64,000 bases of DNA from Phoronis australis (lineage: Eukaryota; Animalia; Phoronida): positions 181,063 to 245,062 of the forward strand of contig NMRA01000342.1 in the NCBI GenBank assembly GCA_002633005.1, given 5' to 3'. Under the pieces are notes generated by a model, which was not told where the DNA came from, searched no databases, and saw only the letters and a list, made by a program, of their open reading frames with translations. The position numbers and the translations under genes are program-made. The first letter of the stretch is position 1, and each line of letters begins with the position of its first letter. Shown here one piece after another: positions 56,901 through 64,000 of the stretch.

Positions 56901-59900
56901 CCACTTCTCGAGTCCGCTGGCCACGTCCACACTGGGTGGAGCACTGCAAAATATAAGAATGTCATGTTACACGAGTCATGTGACGTGAAAAAGAGCAGGT
57001 CTCTGGAAATAACTTACTTGAAACTTTGAAATGAAATGACTTGAAAACCTTCTTGTGCAATTTTTGCACGATTTCAAAATGCAAAGGAACAGTTGAAACC
57101 TTTAATTTACTTAAATGTAAATAATTGACAATTATCTATATATAAATAGTTGGTTTTCAGTTTTCATTGCAAATGAGCCATAAAAGACATGACGATTAGG
57201 ACAAAATGAGAAAATAAAATTTCATTTGTCAGCCAAAATGTGTCTTAGACTGGTGTCACTTTAACGGATGAAATAATTCCTTAGCTACAGCTCTACACAA
57301 ACCCTTCATTTAACACAACTCTCTCCATTGATTTTAGAAGATCAAGGCAAACCAATCAAAACATCAGTGAAGTCTGAGCAGTACTTTTAGAAATCACATG
57401 CATGTCAACACTTTATTGGTCAGTATTCAATTTCCAAAAATGTGAATCTAACGTACCAGAATATCTATCTAAAATACCATCGATGTGTTCCAATCTATAC
57501 CACTCACCACGGTCCAATCGCTGACCTTCCAGGAGTTACACTCAGTCAGCTGACAAGAGTGAGAGATGCTAGGACGTGCCTTGTCCTTACACAAGTCAGC
57601 CGACACACTCAGTATGACCGTGGGTGACACTCTCCGCTTGCATTCGACGGTGCGCGTCTGCACGCCCTTACCACACGTTTCAGAACACTTGGACCATTCT
57701 GACATCTCCCAACTGAAAGAAACGCCAAGACTGAGAGAGTACAGACAACATTTGAAAAAGGAGGGGATCTGGAAATGATGTGAAAAGAATATTTTAAAGA
57801 TGTTTTGTTTGTCTTCAGTGGTGTACAGATTTTGCATCTCCACACTTAAAGATGTATTTGCATGTTCCTAATTAATATGCTAATGCATAGCAAGAACTAA
57901 ACGACAATGCTGTTTAACATAATTTATGCTAAACAAAGTGCAGTTGTATTCAATGACAATAAACTGTGAAAAAAAATCTGCAAACTGGTTACCTTTGCAC
58001 TAATGACATACATCGCAGGCTCAAATAACAGGGTTATTCTTCAACACGTAATGATACTTACTGGATATGGTTCAGTGATTTGCAGCAGATCATTTTCACC
58101 ACAAAACTTGTTTTTAAAAACATTTTCAAGCTTTTTCATATCTTCAACACCACTATATGTTGTGTTTCTAACTAATTTGGCCAAGCAATCAAAGAAATAA
58201 ATAATTAGCCTGCAATTTCCACTTTAAAACAAACATAACGGACAGCCCACTAGCATAAAACTACATAAATTAAGCTGAATAAGTTTGGTTGTTGCCTGTT
58301 GGTTTCTGATTGAATCATGAAACAGCAGCCTCTACACTGCCACCTATTGAGAAGGCGGCTGTGTTGTATTTTCAACGTTGTTTCGTTACCAAGGCCATTA
58401 TTGCCACTTTCACTAGGCGTTATCTAGTGAAGTTGATAACATTATAAAAACTTGAAAACATCTCTACAACTAACATCACTGTTCATCAAGCTTCAACCCA
58501 TAAAGAAGTACGACAAGGAAGATCTTGTGTTTGAAAAGCTTAGAATCTAGTCTTCAGGGCTTGGAATGACCAATGACAAAAAACGCGGAAACTTTGAAAC
58601 TTTTACGGCCCAAACCATGCCCCTGATAACCAGCCTTGAAATGGTCAATGTGAACCTTTCCCCGACAAGATAAAAAAAAAACAAAAAAAAAACGTTACCA
58701 CCATCAGTAGCATGCGTCTGCGTCCTTTTAGCTCGCCCGTCCACTCCCAACCCACACATTTTTGGCTGCAGAGCGGTAGTATTTGTCGCCGCGCTTAACA
58801 ATAACACGAGACGCCATTGAAAATCCCACCACGCTGATGCCCCGGCAATGTTGACAATTTACGTTCCTCCGAAACATAAAGAGCAACTTCCGCTTTTCGA
58901 GGTGAACGTCGTCTGCAACGCCGCGGTAACAAAGGAGTTTGCCGCGGAAATTTTATATCAAATCCGATTTTTTTNTATCCTTAATTTACTTAAATGTAAA
59001 TAATGGACAATTATCTACATATAATTAGTTGATTTTCAGTTTTCATTGTAAATGAGCCATAAAAGACATGACGATTAGGACAAAATGAGAAAATAAAATT
59101 TCATTTGTCAGCCAAAATGTGTCTTAGACTGGTGTCACTTTAACGGATGAAATAATTCTTTAGCTACAGCTCTACACAAACCGTTCATTTAACACAACTC
59201 TCTCCATTGATTTTAGAAGATCAAGGCAAACCAATCGAAACATCAGTGAAGTCTGAGCAGTACTTTTAGAAATCACATGCACGTCAACACTTAATTGGTC
59301 AGTAGCAAATTCCCAAAATGGGAATCTAATGTACCAGAATATCTATCTAAAATACCATCGATGTGTTCCAATCTAATATACCACTCACCACGGTCCAATC
59401 GCTGACCTTCCAGGAGTTACACTCAGTCAGCTGACAAGAGTGAGAGATGCTAGGACGTGCCTTGTCTTTACACAAGTCAGCCGATACACTCAGTATGACC
59501 GTGGGTGACACTCTCCGCTTGCATTCGACGGTGCGCGTCTGCACGCCCTTACCACACGTTTCAGAACACTTGGACCATTCTGACATCTCCCAACTGAAAG
59601 AAACGCCAAGACTGAGAGAGTACAGACAACATTTGAAAAAGGAGGGGAGCTGGAAATGATGTGAAAAGAATATTTTAAAGATGTTTTGTTTGTCTTCAGT
59701 GGTGTACAGATTTTGCATCTCCACACTTAAAGATGTATTTGCATGTTCCTAATTAATATGCTAATGCATAGCAAGAACTAATCGACAATGCTGTTTAACA
59801 TAATTTATGCTAAACAAAGTGCAGTTGTATTCAATGACAATAAACGGTGAAAAAAAAGTCTGCAAACTGGTTACCTTTGCACTAATGACATACATCGCAG

Positions 59901-62900
59901 GCTCAAATAACAGGGTTATTCTTCAACACGTAATGATACTTACTGGATATGGTTCAGTGATTTGCAGCAGATCATTTTCACCACAAAACTTGTTTTTAAA
60001 AACATTTGGCAATTTTCAAGCTTTTTCATATCTTCAACATCACTATATGTTGTGTTTCTAACTAATTTGGCCAAGCAATCAAAGAAATAAATAATTAGCC
60101 TGCAATTTCCACTTTAAATCAAACATAACGGGCAGCCCACTAGCATAAAACTACATAAGTTAAGCTGAATAAGTTTGGTTGTTGCTTGTTAGTTTCTGAT
60201 TGAATCATGAAACAGCAGCCTCTACACTGCCACCTATTGAGAAGGCGGCTGTGTTGTATTTTTAATGTTGTTTCGTTACCAAGGCCATTATTGCCACTTT
60301 CACTAGGCGTTATCTAGTGAAGTTGATAACATTATAAAAACCTGAAAACATCTCTACAACTAACATCACTGTTCATCAAGCTTCAACCCATAAAGAAGTA
60401 CGACAGGGAAGATCTTGTGTTTGAAAAGCTTAGAATCTAGTCTTAGAAGTGTTTTAAAGAGCTAAATAGCTAAATGAAAGCAGAAATAATTTGGAGACAA
60501 CGGCACAAAATAATGTCATCAAAACAGATCCAATGGCAACTGAATCCCACTGAAAACAGCCCCACCTGGATATGGAGGGAATCCTTAAACAACACAGTTC
60601 ACAAAAACCAGGGCTGTAGTGGGGTGTAGGCGCACGTAGGCGCAGCCAACCACCTTTTGGCATTTGAACGTAGCGCCTACGCACCGTAAGTTACATTCAG
60701 TGCTCAATGTAATACAGTAGGCTTTGGGCGCCTACTTACATGCACCTCTTATTTTACCACTACAGCACTGACAAAAACCCAAATAAATGTTATCATTTTG
60801 CAGATGAAATTGTTGAAAGTCAGAACATGAAATTCAGTTCCTTGTTTTTCGTCTTTTGGTTGCTTTCTCCTACTAAGTGCCCACGAATGAAACACTGGAA
60901 TTTTCATGAATATTCACAATGTGAAATGCCTGTACTGGGTATAGTTCCGTAGACTACATATCTTTCAAGAAAAGCGAGATCACGCAAGACCCTGCAAAAC
61001 CACGCAAGTGAAAGGCGAGTGCTTTTGTGAGTATGCTCGGGAGATTACAAGCGTAACCTAGCAAAATGTTGGAGACTGAAGTGATTGGTCGGTGAGGAAG
61101 AAATGTTGAATTCTGGGATTGAATTCATGGATCATCCGACACAATTTACTGTCTCCGTTCCATAAGAGGAGCTTTGTGCCGCAAGTGCAAGCTTATGTCT
61201 CATGTCTACAGAACTCAACCAGATCCTCACGTTTCCGTGGAGATATTGAAGTACCGTGACACATGTTGAGCAGACCCGGGAGGAGTAGTTTGAACTAATC
61301 ATGAACGCAAAAACATTGCTGGTAATGAGTACACAACACACAGTTTTTGAGATTTTGCTGTAAACTGTAACTTACTCTGGCTGACAGGGGTCATTGTTGC
61401 ATGATAACTGCTGACGCTTTGGCTTCACATTGCTATCACAGTTCTCATCTGTCACTTGGACCAGCGTCTGCGAACTGACGCAGATAACCTTAGTCCACTG
61501 TTGACCTGAACGAACAACAAGAACTTTGGATGCTGTGTTTAGACATTTAATTAGAGCAGTTAGAAATGACATACCAAAGGAGGAATAGCATTTACACGAC
61601 CCTTTCGCAGACTATAGCAAGACAAAATCACAGATCAAACAATGTTGAGCACATATGCCATCACTTCAGGATTGACACCACTTTGTGCTGAGGATGGCAG
61701 TGAACACAGAACAAGACGATTGGGTGCAGCTCACTCCCTCTAAAGTGAAATACACGTAAACACACTGGCGACATTTGAGATGTGACCGTTGATAGAATAC
61801 TGGCTGTATACCAAACTTTGGGTGCATGACACATTCATGACCTGAAGTATAACTGGAATTTATAAATGTCCAAGGTTCCCTTAGAAGCTTAATGATATGT
61901 GCTTGCTCAGAACTAACAGTACCTCAGGAAGATGGCGCTCATGCATGAGACAAGCGTAATACACACCTCCACCACACTTGCGATCACATTCTGTGAAGCC
62001 GGAGATTTTCCATGAGAAGTCAACAGCTGACGGTTGCTGATAGCGACGACCGCCAGACTGTGAGAGGGTCCGTCCATCATTCACACGGCGACCGGATGAC
62101 AATCCCCGAGTGTCACCTGTCAATCAAGACAAAATGGTGCACTTCTAAGCATTGTAACACAAAAGTAATGCTGACTCAGCAAAGAAGCTCCATTTTACCG
62201 AATGTGAGGATTAAATTGCAAACCCATTCTGTTCATGATGGAGAGCTGTTTCACATTGAATACTGCTAGGCATTCATAGTTTTAGAGTAAAATTTTATCA
62301 CAGATTTTATGGCATCAGTAATGAGAATATGTAATTATTCTGTTTCCATTTACGGGTCAGATGTTAAAGGAGTCAGACATTCTTTGTCAGAAAAGGAATT
62401 TTACGGAAATTGGCAATAGCTCGAGATCAAACCCGCTGGCACAGCACACAATAGCAGCCAAACAGTCTACCACTAAGCCGAACTCCACCCATTAAATAGC
62501 AGAGTATTAGTATATTTAAATGGTAAAGACAACGGCCTTGATTTCAGTGAATGTCTGGCAGAGAATGGCTAGAATTGGTGATTTGTAATAAAAACACACA
62601 CAATGGATTTTGTTACTATATAGCTCTAGTCAAAGCTTAATAACTTCAAGGAGACCATAGGAGGCCGTAAAACTGATGACATCCCTTTAAGATATTGGCT
62701 TAAACAAATTTACTTACCAACTCGTCTTGCTGACTGACCATATGCAGGCCTGAGTGATCCTTGGTTATACGTGGGCCGACGCTGGCCATTTGTGTTGTAT
62801 CTATGGTAACCATTTGACTGACGGTTGTAACCGTACCTCTGTGAGTTGTAGCCACGAGGTATGTAGCTGCCAGTGCCTGGTTTATAGTTTGGTCGGTAGC

Positions 62901-63031
62901 TACCTGCACTACCAGCAGTCAATGCTTGGCGGTCGGAGATGTACTGTGGTCCACGACCTCTATTGGTCAACGGTTGTACCGCTGATGCTGATGTGCCAGT
63001 CTGCAACGCGGCACGCTGAGATCCAGCTGGT
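53801..63031 (-). CDS. THSD4: THSD4/ADAMTSL4/6-like extracellular matrix protein, 3' part (TSP1 repeats + PLAC); 5' end outside window
   Basis: Exons 63031-62718, 62116-61967, 61505-61376, 59593-59389 (copy at 57712-57508), 56943-56767, 56472-56308, 55561-55382, 54649-54502, 53913-53801, with consistent phases. WSxCSxxCGxG repeats; the PLAC domain has VVQARLC as in THSD4/ADAMTSL4. Confidence 0.85.
54502..54649 (-). CDS. THSD4: TSP1 exon
   Basis: CSVTCGEGYRTRELKCLDKRQSPSDGCNQRTKPSIKQTCSATPCPTVPP|gtgggt. Confidence 0.9.
55382..55561 (-). CDS. THSD4: TSP1 exon
   Basis: CKGTCTHGYQIRSVVCMKK...CDSEWYMSHWSQ|gtgagt. Confidence 0.9.
56308..56472 (-). CDS. THSD4: TSP1 exon
   Basis: CSADCGEGTLTRKVYC...CGGQWFAGEWSE|gtgagc. 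Confidence 0.9.
56767..56943 (-). CDS. THSD4: TSP1 exon
   Basis: CSTQCGRGQRTREVAC...WFHTRWSEQ|gtgggt. Confidence 0.9.
57508..57712 (-). CDS. THSD4: TSP1 exon (one of two near-identical copies)
   Basis: ttcag|WEMSEWSKCSETCGKGVQTR...WKVSDWTV|gtgagt; 205 nt. Confidence 0.82.
58555..58974. mobile_element. Left end of hAT-like insertion, truncated by the gap
   Basis: Begins CAGGGCTT, GC-richer than the flanks, absent at the homologous site (60444/60445) of the other copy. Confidence 0.6.
59389..59593 (-). CDS. THSD4: TSP1 exon (second copy, probably allelic)
   Basis: Same peptide as 57508-57712; only silent differences seen. Confidence 0.8.
60609..60770. mobile_element. hAT-family MITE with 8-bp target-site duplication
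   Basis: ACAAAAAC|CAGGGCTGTAGTGG ... CCACTACAGCACTG|ACAAAAAC. Confidence 0.88.
61376..61505 (-). CDS. THSD4: TSP1 exon
   Basis: ttcag|GQQWTKVICVSSQTLVQVTDENCDSNVKPKRQQLSCNNDPCQP|gtaagt. Confidence 0.9.
61967..62116 (-). CDS. THSD4: Linker and TSP1-start exon
   Basis: gacag|GDTRGLSSGRR...FSWKISGFTECDRKCGG|gtgtgt. Confidence 0.85.
62718..63031 (-). CDS. THSD4: Low-complexity G/R/Y/N/Q-rich linker exon
   Basis: ttttag|PAGSQRAALQ...AYGQSARRV|gtaagt; phase-1 end matches the next exon. Confidence 0.72.
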
Positions 63032-64000
63032 CTAAAAATGTGATCACAAAAATGAATGGACAAATCCTTGTACTATCTACTAAACGGTGGTCACAAACCA
63101 CCTAATTTTATACTTCATCCTAAATTTGTGTTTCATTTTCCGTGTTTTTCAAGTGGTGCGCACAGAAGACCCGACACTTGGTTTACACCAAAACAACACA
63201 CTATGCATCACTAAAAGTTGCTTTTCCGCAAAATGGTGTTTCAAAAACGATGACAAAGCGGGCGAAAATTCGGCAGAGACAATGCACCTGACAGAAGGAA
63301 TATTAAACGTTTGGTGAGCAAATTTCAAGAGACCAGAAGTGTAGCAAATACAAATAACAGTCACAACCAGAACCTCGAACAACATTCAGACTTCAGGAAT
63401 CACTGAGAAAATCTGACATTTTATAGAGCCCTCACACAAGATAAAGCCAGGCATACATAAGTGAAAAGCAACTAATTGCACTTAAGTGGTGCTCAAGAGT
63501 ATTTCTTGAGCTAAAGTTGGATTAATCTTTCCAATTTCATTAAAAATTGGGGATTGTTGGGTAAGGCGAACATTTTCACTGCTTGTGAAGTCTACAACAT
63601 TGAGTCTGTTCTGACAGAAGGAATGCAAGTTGTCGACTCAATGACCCATTTTACTGTCATGGCAAGTGGCAAGTTTAAATTGAGCATGAAAACCTGATTC
63701 CCTTCAGAAATGTTGGATCTGCAAAAAATGATTGGTTGGCATCTACTTTTCACCTGAAATTTATAATCTGGACGGTTTTGACAGAATGAATGTTGTCTCT
63801 TAGTTCATAGTAATTGCATGTGAATAATGGTTTTGGGGTAGAAATTGGGGATTTGGTGTAGTTTTGCTCTTTTTGAACCATATCTGACTGTACTTGTAGG
63901 TTTTAAAGCTGGAAAATGCACTTTAGAAGAAAGTCTATTGGTCATTGTGCAAGGTTTTTGACGTCTTTGGCCCGATATACTCTTCATATTTTCTGGTCTT

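Larger units (their letters stand above)
57099..60444 (+). repeat. About 1.45-kb direct duplication across single N (57099-58554 vs 58979-60444)
   Basis: Near-identical copies including the 205-nt TSP1 exon. Confidence 0.9.

Noticed and set aside
57508-59593. Tandem or mutually exclusive TSP1 exons
   Set aside because: Peptides are identical, introns are co-duplicated up to an N, and including both 205-nt exons would frameshift; an allelic assembly artefact is more likely.

Overview
AT-rich, intron-rich animal genomic DNA, most consistent with a heterozygous invertebrate draft assembly; the taxon cannot be fixed from the sequence. Four spliced protein-coding genes can be rebuilt by hand from GT-AG junctions and reading phase. 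(1) A dual oxidase maturation factor gene (DUOXA/NIP-like, +, CDS 10761-27381, about 439 aa). (2) An intact three-coding-exon THAP zinc-finger plus coiled-coil gene (-, 34184-39856, 313 aa) whose THAP domain is invisible in the ORF track. (3) Proteasome subunit alpha type-4 (PSMA4, +, 42225-50078, 257 aa), head-to-head with the THAP gene. (4) The 3' part of a THSD4/ADAMTSL-type gene (-, TSP1 repeats plus PLAC, 53801 to beyond 63031). A second, decayed THAP domain lies near 30.3-30.5 kb. Three near-identical blocks flank assembly gaps and look like uncollapsed alleles. Introns carry many MITEs and non-autonomous DNA transposons, tRNA-derived repeats, minisatellites and a candidate minimal hammerhead ribozyme. 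All family assignments come from motif recognition, not database searches.
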